Part shown: positions 38,271 through 48,074 of the stretch, in pieces
How positions within the stretch are numbered: the stretch's first letter is position 1
Layout of the letters: each line of letters begins with the position of its first letter
From: an uncultured delta proteobacterium
GTDB taxonomy: Bacteria; Myxococcota_A; Polyangia; Fen-1088
Assembly: GCA_963755125.1 (NCBI GenBank)
Contig: CAVWIP010000016.1
Location: forward strand, 1-64,000
Reading direction: 5' to 3'
DNA length: 64,000 bases
The notes under the pieces: model-generated
What the model was told of the DNA's origin: nothing
Database searches by the model: none
What the model saw: the letters and a program-made list of their open reading frames with translations, nothing else
Program-made: the position numbers and the translations under genes

Positions 38271-39191
38271 ATGGCACTTCCCCGCATGGCTTTCTTTCAC
38301 GATCGCGTCCTGCCCTACGCCGAGGCGAAGCTGGGTCTTTTGACCCACGCCCTCAACTACGGCACCGGGGTGTTCGCCGGCATTCGCGGCTACTTCAACC
38401 AGGACGAGGGCAAGCTCTTCGTGTTTCGCTTGGCCGACCACGTGCGGCGCCTGCACGATTCGGCCCGCCTGCTGCGCATGAGCCTGGCTCTCTCGGAAGA
38501 AGCGACGGCGACGGCCCTGCTGGACCTGCTGCGCGCCGAGGGGTTGCGCCAGGATTGCTACATCCGTGCACTGGCCTTCTATTCAGACGAGGTGATCGGC
38601 GTCCGTCTGCACGGACTCAAACCGGTCCTCGCCGCAGTGGCCGTGCCCTTCGGCCTGTACATCGACAAGGCCGAGGGTGCGCACTGCACGGTCTCGTCGT
38701 GGCGCCGGCCCGACGACAACGTCATGCCCCCGCGCGGGAAGATCACGGGCAGCTACGTCAACAGCGCCCTGGCCAAGAGCGACGCCGAGCTGGCCGGGTT
38801 CGACGAGGCCATCCTGCTTAACCGCGACGGACGCGTGAGCGAAGGCTCGGGCGAGAACATCTTCCTCATCCGCCGCGGGATCGCGGTCACGCCTTCGCTC
38901 GATCAAAGCGTGCTGGAAGGCATCATCCGCCGGTCGCTCATCACCCTGCTGCGCGACGAGCTGGGAATGATCGTCGAGGAACGTCCAGTCGAGCGCGGCG
39001 AGCTCTTCCTGGCCGACGAGATCTTCCTGACCGGCACAGCCGCGCAGATCACCGCGGTCACGCGCATCGACCACCGGCCCATCGGCACCGGCCAGATGGG
39101 CAGCGTCACCACACGCCTACGCTCGCTGTTTTTCGACGTCGTGCGCGGCCGCGCGCCCAAGTATCGGACATGGTGTACGCCGGTGGCGTGA
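38271..39191 (+). CDS. ilvE: Branched-chain amino acid aminotransferase
   Basis: HALNYGTGVF.GIR, KITGSYVNS, EGSGENIF, LEGI.R, ADEIFLTGTAA. Confidence 0.93.
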   Translation: MALPRMAFFHDRVLPYAEAKLGLLTHALNYGTGVFAGIRGYFNQDEGKLFVFRLADHVRRLHDSARLLRMSLALSEEATATALLDLLRAEGLRQDCYIRALAFYSDEVIGVRLHGLKPVLAAVAVPFGLYIDKAEGAHCTVSSWRRPDDNVMPPRGKITGSYVNSALAKSDAELAGFDEAILLNRDGRVSEGSGENIFLIRRGIAVTPSLDQSVLEGIIRRSLITLLRDELGMIVEERPVERGELFLADEIFLTGTAAQITAVTRIDHRPIGTGQMGSVTTRLRSLFFDVVRGRAPKYRTWCTPVA

Positions 39192-39224
39192 GCCAGCAGG
39201 TGCGCCAGGGCTTGTGACCGGACC

Positions 39225-40178
39225 TTATCGTCGCGCCCAGTGGCCGGGGCGCCACTGCCACTGCGAGCCGACCGGCTGCCAGGACGGCGGCACCCACACC
39301 CAGCCGGCGCGCGGGGCTTCCCAGCGGCCCGGCGCCCAAATGTACTGGTGTCCGTTCCAGATCCAGTCACCCGGAACCCAGATGTACCCGTTCCCGGGCT
39401 GGCGGGACATCCTCTCGACCCGGCGAGGCGGGGGCGGCCCGATGGTGATGGTGACTGGCGCCGGCGCGGCCGGCTCGGCGTAGACGGGCGCCGGCGGCGG
39501 CGGCGCGGCGGCTGGCGCCCAGTGTCCCGGGTAGAGAACCCACTCGCCGTTTTCCATCACCCAGCGCGGCTCGACCCAGACCCGGCCCGGCCCAGGCGGC
39601 AGCATCCAGCGGCCCTCTATCCAAACGTGCCGGCCATCCTGCCAGCCCCAGTAGCCACGAACCCAAACGTGTCGCGGCGACGGCGGCTCGGTCCGCATCT
39701 CAGCCCTGGGTGGCGGGGGAGCCATGCGCGCCCGGAACACTGCCGCTGCCGCGTTTTCATTGAACTGCTGGTGTTCGCGCGCTTCCCGTTCACGCACTTC
39801 TCGGTCACGTTCGGCCGCAGCGGCGTGGTCCCGAGCTTCGCGCTGGCGCTCAAGATCCATGCGCTCGCGGTCCTGGACTGCGCGTTCCTGATCGCGCACC
39901 TCGCGTCCGCGCTCGCGATCCTGCCGTTCACGCTCCAGACGCTCACGGTCGGCGCGCTCGCGATCCATGCGCTCGCGATCCTGCTTTTCGCGGTCCAGAC
40001 GCTCGCGGTTCTGGCGCTCGTGATCTTGGCGCTCGCGCTCCTGGCGTTGCTTGTCATCCTTCAGGCGCTTCTCGGCCTGCTCGCGCTCGCGCCGCCGAGT
40101 CTCCTCGTCGTCCGCCCGCGCGGGCAGCACTGTTGCAAGGCCGAAAAGGATAGCCGTCGCTGCGACCCAGTTTCTCAT
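39225..40178 (-). CDS. Secreted YXWGXW-repeat protein with N-terminal Arg/Glu-rich helix
   Basis: Signal ending ARA; ERERQD repeats; HVWVRGYWGW, GYIWVPGDWIW etc. Confidence 0.88.
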   Translation of the reverse strand: MRNWVAATAILFGLATVLPARADDEETRRREREQAEKRLKDDKQRQERERQDHERQNRERLDREKQDRERMDRERADRERLERERQDRERGREVRDQERAVQDRERMDLERQREARDHAAAAERDREVREREAREHQQFNENAAAAVFRARMAPPPPRAEMRTEPPSPRHVWVRGYWGWQDGRHVWIEGRWMLPPGPGRVWVEPRWVMENGEWVLYPGHWAPAAAPPPPAPVYAEPAAPAPVTITIGPPPPRRVERMSRQPGNGYIWVPGDWIWNGHQYIWAPGRWEAPRAGWVWVPPSWQPVGSQWQWRPGHWARR

Positions 40179-40446
40179 GACATTCTCCTTGGGTGCGTAC
40201 TCTATGGACGAGCGTGGCCCTGATTCAATTCGATTTTTTCAGCATCGGCTGCCGCCCTCGGCGCTGCGCATCAGACAGCGCGCCCTGAGTCGGCGGCCCA
40301 TGGCGAGGTCGTTTGGGTGGACTGACTTTTGTGTCAGCACGCCCATCGCAATTGGAATCTATCTTCTCGCTCGCGGCATCTATCAATTGTTGGAGTTCGT
40401 TGTTTGTGTGCGTTCGGGCGGCTTTTGAACCGTGGAGGGTAGAATC

Positions 40447-40695
40447 ATGAAGCTGCGGCTTGTTAAGAACATGTCCGAGGAAAATCTGCTCGGGATGGTC
40501 GGACTGCAACGCAAGCACCCGCTGCGAACCTGGCTCAAAGGCAGCGGCCTTGTGGGACTGGGTCTGGCGGTGGGCGCAACCATTGCGCTGCTGCTGACGC
40601 CCAAGTCAGGCCCCGAGATCCGCGACTCGATGCTGGGCGGCTTGCGTGCCATGCACAAGCGCGCCGTGCGAGCCGGCGCAGATCTCACCCACTGA
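40447..40695 (+). CDS. YtxH-like small membrane protein
   Basis: GLAVGATIALLLTPKSGPEIR. Confidence 0.7.
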   Translation: MKLRLVKNMSEENLLGMVGLQRKHPLRTWLKGSGLVGLGLAVGATIALLLTPKSGPEIRDSMLGGLRAMHKRAVRAGADLTH

Positions 40696-40733
40696 AGTTT
40701 GAGGCAGCGGCGCATTCACAAAGAACCCTGGCT

Positions 40734-41080
40734 ACCGCCGGGGCAGTCGAGCACGGTGTGCAGGTTGCAGGTTTCGAGAAGCAGCTTGCGCAGGCTGACC
40801 GAGGCGTTGTCGGTGTTGGACAGGAAGGTGTTCTTGATGACCACTCCGCCGCGTCCGCCGGCCTTGAGCATCCTGATGAAGTGCTGCAGGAACAAAAACG
40901 CGGTCTCGCCGGTATACTTTTGCCCGCCAGCGCGGCCTCATCGGCCTGGTCCTGCTCCAGCCCGTCGAGGTATTTCAGGAACAGCAGCCAGGAGGTCTGC
41001 TCGGTGTAGTCGAGTTCGGTGGTGCAGCCCGCCTCTTTCCAGAGAACGTCGTCGATGTTCTTGAAGGCTTGTTCAAACAC
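40734..41080 (-). pseudogene. hsdM: Type I restriction-modification methyltransferase relic with internal deletion
   Basis: FEQAFKNIDDVLWKEAGCTTELDYTEQTSWLLFLKYL joined out of frame to TGETAFLFLQHFIRMLKAGGRGGVVIKNTFLSN...LHTVLDCPGG. Confidence 0.88.
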
Positions 41081-41143
41081 AGGCACCTCGTCGGGGCCAA
41101 TGTATCACCGAAACGGCGACGGACGAAGGCCGGATGGCCCGGT

Positions 41144-41449
41144 CTACAGTACGCAGCCGGCGACGGTGCCTGTGTCTATCGTCTGCGTCGTGCAGCCTGA
41201 CAGGCCGACGGAATGGCAGTCGAACGTGGCAGGGAGCTGCGATGTGGATAGGTCGCACGGGGTATCGCCCACACAGTCGAAGAGCCCGGCAGAGTTGGTA
41301 CGGCAGGTGCGTTCCTCAAGGCCACAGTCGTGGGAGACCAGGACGTTGCCATCATTCTCGCAGCTCACCAGCAGGTCGCCATTGCAGCTCGCAGGCGTGC
41401 TCGCCGGATCGCAAGAGGCTATGCCTGCGAGCCGCGCCGCTGACGTCAT
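41144..41449 (-). pseudogene. Cys-rich gene fragment
   Basis: CDP...SCNGDLLVSC...DCG....C pattern with no signal peptide or RBS. Confidence 0.4.
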
Positions 41450-41453
41450 TCGG

Positions 41454-42176
41454 TCACTTTCCACTGCGTTCCAGCTTGGCCCCAAGCACTTTGGTGAACT
41501 CGTGCGTGGACACAACCGTGGCTTGCCAGGGGAAGACCTTCTCGGTCAGAACGCGATGGACTTCGTCGTCCATGTCGGCGCAGGCGTCGGAGACCACGAC
41601 GAGCTGGTAATCCATGTCGGCGGCCCAGCGCACGGTCGAGAGGACAACGCCGCTGGTTGAAATGCCGAACATTGCCAGCGTGCTGATGTTGTTGGCGCGC
41701 AGGATCGATTCCAGGTCGGTGGTCGAGAACGCGCCCACGCGGCGCTTGGTGACCACGATGTCGCCCGGCTGGGGCGCCACCCGCGCATCGATCTCGGCCC
41801 CTGGCGTGCCCTCGCGCAGACGCCCCGACTCTTTCAGGCCGGCAAAGCGTTTGTTCTGGCGACTGACCTCGGGGTAGCCCTCGCGAAAACGCACCACCAC
41901 GTAGATGACGGGCAAGTGGGCCTGCCGCGCCTGCTTGAGGATTGCGCTGGCATTGTCCAGAATCGCGACTTGCGTTTTCTCGGGTAGCATGCCCAGGATT
42001 TGGTTTTCGTAGTCCATGATCAAGACCGCGGTTCGGCCCCGATCGATCGAGAGTTCACTTTTTGCCGGGTTCTTGGCCGCATCCGGTTTGTCAGCGGCCA
42101 TCGCCGGGGTTGCTTGCAAGCTGGGAATCGTGGCTAGGGCTGCAACGAACAACGCGTGGTTCACAATGGTTTGCAT
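41454..42176 (-). CDS. Isochorismatase-family hydrolase with signal-like N-terminus
   Basis: TAVLIMDY, VTKRRVGAFSTTDL, GISTSGVVLST, DACAD. Confidence 0.9.
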   Translation of the reverse strand: MQTIVNHALFVAALATIPSLQATPAMAADKPDAAKNPAKSELSIDRGRTAVLIMDYENQILGMLPEKTQVAILDNASAILKQARQAHLPVIYVVVRFREGYPEVSRQNKRFAGLKESGRLREGTPGAEIDARVAPQPGDIVVTKRRVGAFSTTDLESILRANNISTLAMFGISTSGVVLSTVRWAADMDYQLVVVSDACADMDDEVHRVLTEKVFPWQATVVSTHEFTKVLGAKLERSGK

Positions 42177-42209
42177 GAATCGTCTCATTTTCGTCTTCAG
42201 GATCACAAG

Positions 42210-42761
42210 CTACACGATCGTGGCGAAGGCTTCGAACGGCAGGCGCGCTGGACGCTCCGTTTCGGCGGCAATCTGCCAGGCCGCCAGCGCCGGCGAGATC
42301 TCCTGCGTGTGGCCGCCCACGACGATCAGGGTGATCACCTGAGCACCGTCGGGCAACGCCAGAGCCTGCCGGGCGGCCTCGGGGTCGAACCCGGCAATGG
42401 GATGGGCTGACAGGTTCCTCTCGGTCGCGGCCAGCATCAGCAAGGCGGCGGCCATGCCGGTGTCGAATTGGTAGTAGTCGCGGCCCTCTGGCGTGCGGCA
42501 GTCGAGATCGGCTTGCGACCACACCACGACGATCAGCGAGGCCGCCTTGGCCCAGGCCGCATTCCCTGGTTTCATGGTTGCGACCATGCGCTCCAGCACG
42601 GCCGGACTGCGCACGAACACGAAGCGCCATGGCTGCTTGTTGGAACAGGACGGGGCCAGCCCCGCCACGGCGGCGAGTTCCTTGATCAGTGCCTCGTTCA
42701 CCTCCACGGGCGCGAACGAGCGCAGCGACCTACGTTGTTTCACGACTTCGGCGAATTCCAT
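42210..42761 (-). CDS. Nitroreductase family protein
   Basis: RRSLRSF, APSCSNKQPWRF, DTGMA. Confidence 0.92.
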   Translation of the reverse strand: MEFAEVVKQRRSLRSFAPVEVNEALIKELAAVAGLAPSCSNKQPWRFVFVRSPAVLERMVATMKPGNAAWAKAASLIVVVWSQADLDCRTPEGRDYYQFDTGMAAALLMLAATERNLSAHPIAGFDPEAARQALALPDGAQVITLIVVGGHTQEISPALAAWQIAAETERPARLPFEAFATIV

Positions 42762-42838
42762 GGTGTCCTCCGGGCAGCAGTCTAGCGGAAGTCGGATGCG
42801 CTCGCCCTGCTGGCGCGACTGCGCTACGCTGGCGGCCG

Positions 42839-43741
42839 GTGAGATTGAGCAGTCTCCTCGACGCGGATTCCTTCCGGCGCCATCGCCTGGCCTACGCCTG
42901 CGCCGCCGGCATCGTCGTGCTTGCTCTGATCGAGACTGCCAACGCATGGCTGGCGCCCCTGCGCGCACCGACCGACCGCGATTGGCGTGCGCTGGCCGCC
43001 GAGGTTCGGGCTGGCTTTCAGCCTGGCGATCTCATCGTCGCCGCGCCTGCCTGGGCCGACCCACTGCTGCGCATGCACCTGGGCGATCTGATCCCAATTG
43101 CCGTGGCCGGCCGGCTCGATGCCGCCCGTTTCGGCCGCATCTGGGAAATTTCGCAGCGGGGGGCGCGGGCTGGGGAAACCGCAGGCGGCCACATCGTGCA
43201 ATCGAGCCGCCACGGCGCGCTCACCCTGCGGCGCTATGAACGGCCAGCAGCCCGCGTGTCGTTCGACTTCGTCGCCGAGTGGAGGCGAGCCGCGGTTTCG
43301 CGCGTCGCCGCCGACGGCCAGGTCAGTGGCTGCTTTCGCGCGCCCGGCAGCTTCGAGTGCCCGGAATTGCCCGCTCGGTCGCTCAAGCCCGAACTGCTGG
43401 AGATCGACACCAGCCCGCACCTGGCCCTGACCATGCTGCCCACGGGACAGTCGACCACGGTGATCGAATTCGATCGCGTGCCTCTCGGGCGCGAACTGGC
43501 GGTGGGGGCCGGCCTGCACAACGTGTGGCTGCGCAAGGCGGGCAAGGGCACCGTCAGCCTGCGCGTGCTGGTGCAGAGCCGCGAGTTCGGCCGCATCGAG
43601 GCTGGCAGCATGACGGGCTGGACCCTGCGCAAGTTCGACACCTCGACGCTGGCTGGACAGTCGGCCAGCGTGCGCTTCGAGATCACCGTCGACGATCCCA
43701 ACTCGCGCACCCTCGGTTTCGCGGCGGAGGCGCGCAGTTGA
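42839..43741 (+). CDS. Membrane-anchored hypothetical protein, first gene of glycosyltransferase operon
   Basis: N-terminal TM segment; stop overlaps next ATG (TGATG); start uncertain. Confidence 0.75.
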   Translation: MRLSSLLDADSFRRHRLAYACAAGIVVLALIETANAWLAPLRAPTDRDWRALAAEVRAGFQPGDLIVAAPAWADPLLRMHLGDLIPIAVAGRLDAARFGRIWEISQRGARAGETAGGHIVQSSRHGALTLRRYERPAARVSFDFVAEWRRAAVSRVAADGQVSGCFRAPGSFECPELPARSLKPELLEIDTSPHLALTMLPTGQSTTVIEFDRVPLGRELAVGAGLHNVWLRKAGKGTVSLRVLVQSREFGRIEAGSMTGWTLRKFDTSTLAGQSASVRFEITVDDPNSRTLGFAAEARS

Positions 43742-45582
43742 TGGCCGAGCTGGGACAAGCGACCCGCCGTCGCTGGGGACGCCCGTGGATGGTGCCGCTG
43801 GTGCTGGCCCTGGCCACCAGCGGCTGGCTGTTGGCGGTCGAGGGTCGGCAAGGCTTGGCCCGCGACGAGGCGCAGTACTTCCGCGCCGGCGAGCGCTACT
43901 GGGGCTGGTTCGAGGCGCTCGGGGATGCCCTGCGTGCGGGCAAGCCGGGGCAGGCTTTCTCGCGCGCCGTGGTCGACAGTTTCTGGGGCGACAACCACGA
44001 ACACCCGCCCTTGATGAAGACGCTGTACGGGCTGTCGTGGCGCCTGTTTCATCGCTGCGACTGCACCGGACCGAAGCGCGGCCTGCACCCGATCGCGGTA
44101 CACAAGCACCGGACCCTGCCCCTGTTCGCGCGCGAGTCGACCGCCTTTCGTTTTCCCGCCATTTTGCTGGCCGGCCTGGGTGTGGCGCTGGTGTACGGAT
44201 TCGCGCGCCGCTGGGTGGGGCCGTGGGCCGCGGCGGGCGCGGCCGTGCTCTCGGTCGCGCAACCGCACTACTTCTTCCACGCCCAGATCTCGTGCTTCGA
44301 TGCGCCCATCGCGGTCATGGGCCTGCTGGTGGCGCTGGCCTACTGGAAATCGCTGCGCTCGCCCCGCTGGGGCGTTCTGTGCGGCGTCTTCTATGGCCTC
44401 GCCCTGGCCACCAAGCACAATGCCTGGCTGATTCCCTGTTTCCTGCTGGTGCACCACCTGTGGATGCGGCGATGGGATTTTCTCCGTCTGCGCCCGCCGC
44501 GCGTGCCGTTGGCTTTTGTATCAATGGCCACGCTGGGCCCCATCGTCCTGTTCGCGCTCTGGCCCTGGCTGTGGCACGCGCCGCTGGCGCGCACGCGCGA
44601 ATGGGTGCAGCGACACGCGCAACACGAGCACTACAACTTCGAGTACCTGGGCCAGAACTGGAACCTGCCCCCACCGCCGGCGCAAACCGGTCGTTGGCTG
44701 CTGCGTGCGACTTTCCCCTTCGTGTCGACGGCGTTCACCGTGCCGGCCACTACTTTGGCCCTGGCCGCTGCAGGTGCGGTGGTGCTGGCCCGACGCCGCC
44801 GGAAGAACGCAGCCAGCGACGAGCCCCCTCTCATCAATCCCGAGCCGCCCGAGCCGGGCGCGCGCGCCTCGTGGCTGCGGCCCGGCGCGGATGTGGACCT
44901 GGCGCCGGGCATTTTCCTCGCGGTGCAGATCCTGGGGCCGCTTGGAACCCTGGCGCTTCCCTCGACGCCGATCTTCGGCGGGGTGAAGCACTTCCTCACC
45001 GCGATGCCTTTCCTGGCCATGGTGGCCGGCATGGGCCTGGCCTGGGTCACGCGCCAGGCGGCGACGCTGGTGCGCGCCGCGCGCCTGCGCCGGGCCTTGC
45101 CCGCAGCCCTGGCATTTGTGCTGTGCCTGCCGGCGGTGACCGAGACCCAGCGCTCGCATCCCGACGGCGTGGGCCACTACAATCTTTTGGCCGGTGGGTT
45201 CGCCGGTGGCGCTTCCCTGGGCATGAACCGACAGTTCTGGGGCTATTCCGTGCTGCCGCTGCTACCCTGGATGAACGCGCATCGGCCCGCATCCAACCGC
45301 ATCTACTGGCATGACGTTCTTCACGACGCCGTGATGATGTATGTTCGCGATGACCGGGTGCCGGTGGGGATCGGCGATGTGGGTGTGGGCGAGCCCATGG
45401 TTGCGCAGTCGGATCTTGGCGTCGTCATCTTGGAAAAACATTTCGCGGTTTACGAATATCTGCACTGGGACGCCTATCAGACCACCCGGCCGGCCCAGGT
45501 ATATGCCCACGAGGGCGTGCCGTTCGCCGTCGTCTATCAGCGCGCGGCGCCCCCGCCGCGCCAGGAGCCGTTGCCGCCATGA
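43741..45582 (+). CDS. GT-C fold glycosyltransferase (PMT/ArnT, family 39-like)
   Basis: RDE after TM1, EHPPLMK, multiple TMs, LALATK. Confidence 0.85.
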   Translation: MAELGQATRRRWGRPWMVPLVLALATSGWLLAVEGRQGLARDEAQYFRAGERYWGWFEALGDALRAGKPGQAFSRAVVDSFWGDNHEHPPLMKTLYGLSWRLFHRCDCTGPKRGLHPIAVHKHRTLPLFARESTAFRFPAILLAGLGVALVYGFARRWVGPWAAAGAAVLSVAQPHYFFHAQISCFDAPIAVMGLLVALAYWKSLRSPRWGVLCGVFYGLALATKHNAWLIPCFLLVHHLWMRRWDFLRLRPPRVPLAFVSMATLGPIVLFALWPWLWHAPLARTREWVQRHAQHEHYNFEYLGQNWNLPPPPAQTGRWLLRATFPFVSTAFTVPATTLALAAAGAVVLARRRRKNAASDEPPLINPEPPEPGARASWLRPGADVDLAPGIFLAVQILGPLGTLALPSTPIFGGVKHFLTAMPFLAMVAGMGLAWVTRQAATLVRAARLRRALPAALAFVLCLPAVTETQRSHPDGVGHYNLLAGGFAGGASLGMNRQFWGYSVLPLLPWMNAHRPASNRIYWHDVLHDAVMMYVRDDRVPVGIGDVGVGEPMVAQSDLGVVILEKHFAVYEYLHWDAYQTTRPAQVYAHEGVPFAVVYQRAAPPPRQEPLPP

Positions 45583-46979
45583 ATCGGTTTGAACGCCTTT
45601 TCTCCAGCCGCTGGGGGCTGGTTCTCATCTACGTCGTCTTTCTCGGCGCCTACCTGGGCGCTTCCGACGGGCGGCTCCGGCAGCACTCCGCCTACAACCA
45701 TTTTGTCTACCTGGCCGATGGCTGGCTGCACGGTCGCCTGGACCTGGCCGCCAACCCGCCCAACGAAAACGACTGGGCGCGGGTCGAGGTTCTGCACCTC
45801 AAGGATGGCCGCACCCTCAAGGGCCAGTTCCGCACCACGGGCCCCACCGATCGTTTCTATCCCCTGCGCGGCCCATCGCTGACCGTCGACAAGGACGACA
45901 TCGTCTCGCGTTCCTGGATCCGCTACGTGTCTTTTCCACCGCTCCCGGCGGTGCTGATGGCGCCTTTCGTGGCCATCTGGCACCTGGCCTTCAACGACGT
46001 ACTTTTCACCGTCATATGGGCAGCGTTCAATCCGGTTCTGCTTTTCCTGCTGCTGCGCAAGCTGCAACGCCGTGGCTACAGCAAACGCAGCGTGACTGAC
46101 GATCTCTGGCTGACCGCGCTGTTGGGGGCCGGCTCGGTGTATTTCTACAGCTCGGTGCTGGGCCAGGTCTGGTACACCGCCCATGTCATCGGCGTGACCT
46201 GCGTGATCGCCTACGCCTGGACCGCCATCGAGGCGTCGCGGCCAGCCCTGGCCGGGCTGTTCGTGGGCTTGGGCTTTGCCACGCGCACGCCGCTCGGGTT
46301 CATGTTCCCGCTCTTTTTCTTTGAAGCCGTGCGCGTGACGGGCGGCTGGGATCGCCTGCGCCAGTGGCGGAAACAGGGCTGGCCCGCCGGCCTGCTGGGA
46401 AAGTTCCTGCGCTTCACCGGGGCCGCCGGCGCGATCTTGGCCGTGCTGCTCATCCACAACTACTTGCGCTTCGGCAAGTTCTACGTCTTCGGCCACGAGT
46501 ACCTGAACATCGCGTGGCAGGACCGCATCCAGAAATGGGGCCTGTTCAACGTCCATTTCCTGGCGCGCAACCTGGCCTGCGCGCTGGTTCTGCTGCCGCG
46601 CTTTCTCGCGCAATATCCCTACGTGAAGGTCGGGGCGCACGGCATGTCCCTGCTGGTGACCTCGCCCAATCTGGCCTACACCGTCGCGCCCGCCGAGCGC
46701 AGCCCGCTGGCGCGCAGTCTGTGGATCACCATCCTGTGCACCGCCCTGCCCTCGCTGCTCTACCAAAATTCCGGCTACATCCAGTTCGGCTACCGCTTCA
46801 GCCTGGACTACATGGTGTTCTTCATCATGCTGCTCTCGGTGGGGAATCGCCGGCTGACCGCGCTGTGGAAGGTGCTTTTGATCTGGGCGGTGGCGGTCAA
46901 CCTTTTCGGCGCCATTACCTTCGATCACATGACCCAGTTCAGCTACGACGATTCCTTCTTCCCGCACGGAAACAACTGA
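45579..46979 (+). CDS. Polytopic membrane protein, GT-C-like
   Basis: ATGA overlap; YVSFPPLPAVL, many TMs, QFGYRFSLD. Confidence 0.7.
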   Translation: MNRFERLFSSRWGLVLIYVVFLGAYLGASDGRLRQHSAYNHFVYLADGWLHGRLDLAANPPNENDWARVEVLHLKDGRTLKGQFRTTGPTDRFYPLRGPSLTVDKDDIVSRSWIRYVSFPPLPAVLMAPFVAIWHLAFNDVLFTVIWAAFNPVLLFLLLRKLQRRGYSKRSVTDDLWLTALLGAGSVYFYSSVLGQVWYTAHVIGVTCVIAYAWTAIEASRPALAGLFVGLGFATRTPLGFMFPLFFFEAVRVTGGWDRLRQWRKQGWPAGLLGKFLRFTGAAGAILAVLLIHNYLRFGKFYVFGHEYLNIAWQDRIQKWGLFNVHFLARNLACALVLLPRFLAQYPYVKVGAHGMSLLVTSPNLAYTVAPAERSPLARSLWITILCTALPSLLYQNSGYIQFGYRFSLDYMVFFIMLLSVGNRRLTALWKVLLIWAVAVNLFGAITFDHMTQFSYDDSFFPHGNN

Positions 46980-47066
46980 ACGGCGGCCTGGAATTCCTGC
47001 GCGGGCGCACCCGACGCGGCTTCCCCACTCCGAATTCCAGGAGTATAGGCATCAAGGAGGGCCCCC

Positions 47067-47831
47067 ATGGACAAATACATCGGAATCGACGTTCACAGTG
47101 CAAGTTGTACGATCGCGGTGGTCGATGCGCACGGCAAGCGAGCGGGTTTGCACGTCGTGGCTACCAACGGCCAGAAAATCGTGGAGTGTCTTGCTGTGAT
47201 CCCAGGGCAGAGGCATGTGTGCTTCGAGTAAGGGACGCAAAGTGGCTGGCTATACGAGGTTCTGGAACCGCACGCTGTCGAAGTTGTGGTGGCGGGTGTA
47301 GCAGGGTCGCGGGGCGCGAAGGACGACAAGCGGGACGCTTTTGGACTGGCCGAAGATTTGCGGCTGGGAGCGATCAAAACCCGGGTGTTCAAGAGTGGCG
47401 GCCCGTTCAAACCATTGCGCGAACTGGCGCGTACGCACCGGATGGTGGTTGCGGATGTCGTGCGAACGAAGAATCGGATCAAGAGCGCGTATCGGTCTCG
47501 TGGTGTCCCGGTCGCAGGCAAGTCGGCGTACAGCTCTGCGGGTCGCGAACAATGGCAAGAGCAGTTGCCCGAGGCATACCGCGGGCCGCTGCTCACACTG
47601 TATGCGGAGCTCGATGCTTTGGAGGAGGTTCGCAGCGACGCGGAGAAGGCGCTGGTGCAGGAGGCACGCAAGTTCCCCATCACCAAACTGCTCGCGACCT
47701 GCCCAGGTTTGGGCGCCATTCGCGCCGCCCAGTTGGTGCCCATCGTGGTCAGCCCGCATCGCTTCCGAACCAAGCGCCAGTTCTGGTCCTACTGTGGCCT
47801 GGGCATCGTGATGCGTTCGACGTCGGACTGG
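47067..47831 (+). pseudogene. IS110-family transposase with nonsense codon and 3' truncation
   Basis: YIGIDVH, CFE*G (in-frame TAA at 47229), KDDKRDA, TCPGLG, RF...RQFWSYCGL. Confidence 0.9.
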
Positions 47832-47967
47832 CTTCCAGATCCGCCAGGAACGTCGACAAGTGTTCCTGTATCGTTCGGTAAAGCAAAGTCGTTTCGGGAC
47901 GATGACGCTCGAACGCGCCCGCGGTCGCGTGGGTGTGACAGCTTGCTGCTGCTTGCGTGATAAGCAC
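47832..47967 (-). pseudogene. IS91-family transposase N-terminal fragment
   Basis: FERHRPETTLLYRTIQEHLSTFLA resembles the N-terminus preceding the IS91 zinc-binding domain. Confidence 0.7.
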
Positions 47968-48074
47968 CAGCAGGGGTTCTCGGCAACGAGGCGATATTGA
48001 TTGCTAGCAAAACGCAGCATGCAAAGACACCGGCTGCCGAGCCAGTGGCGTGAATTGCGCGAAAGTCTTAACCT

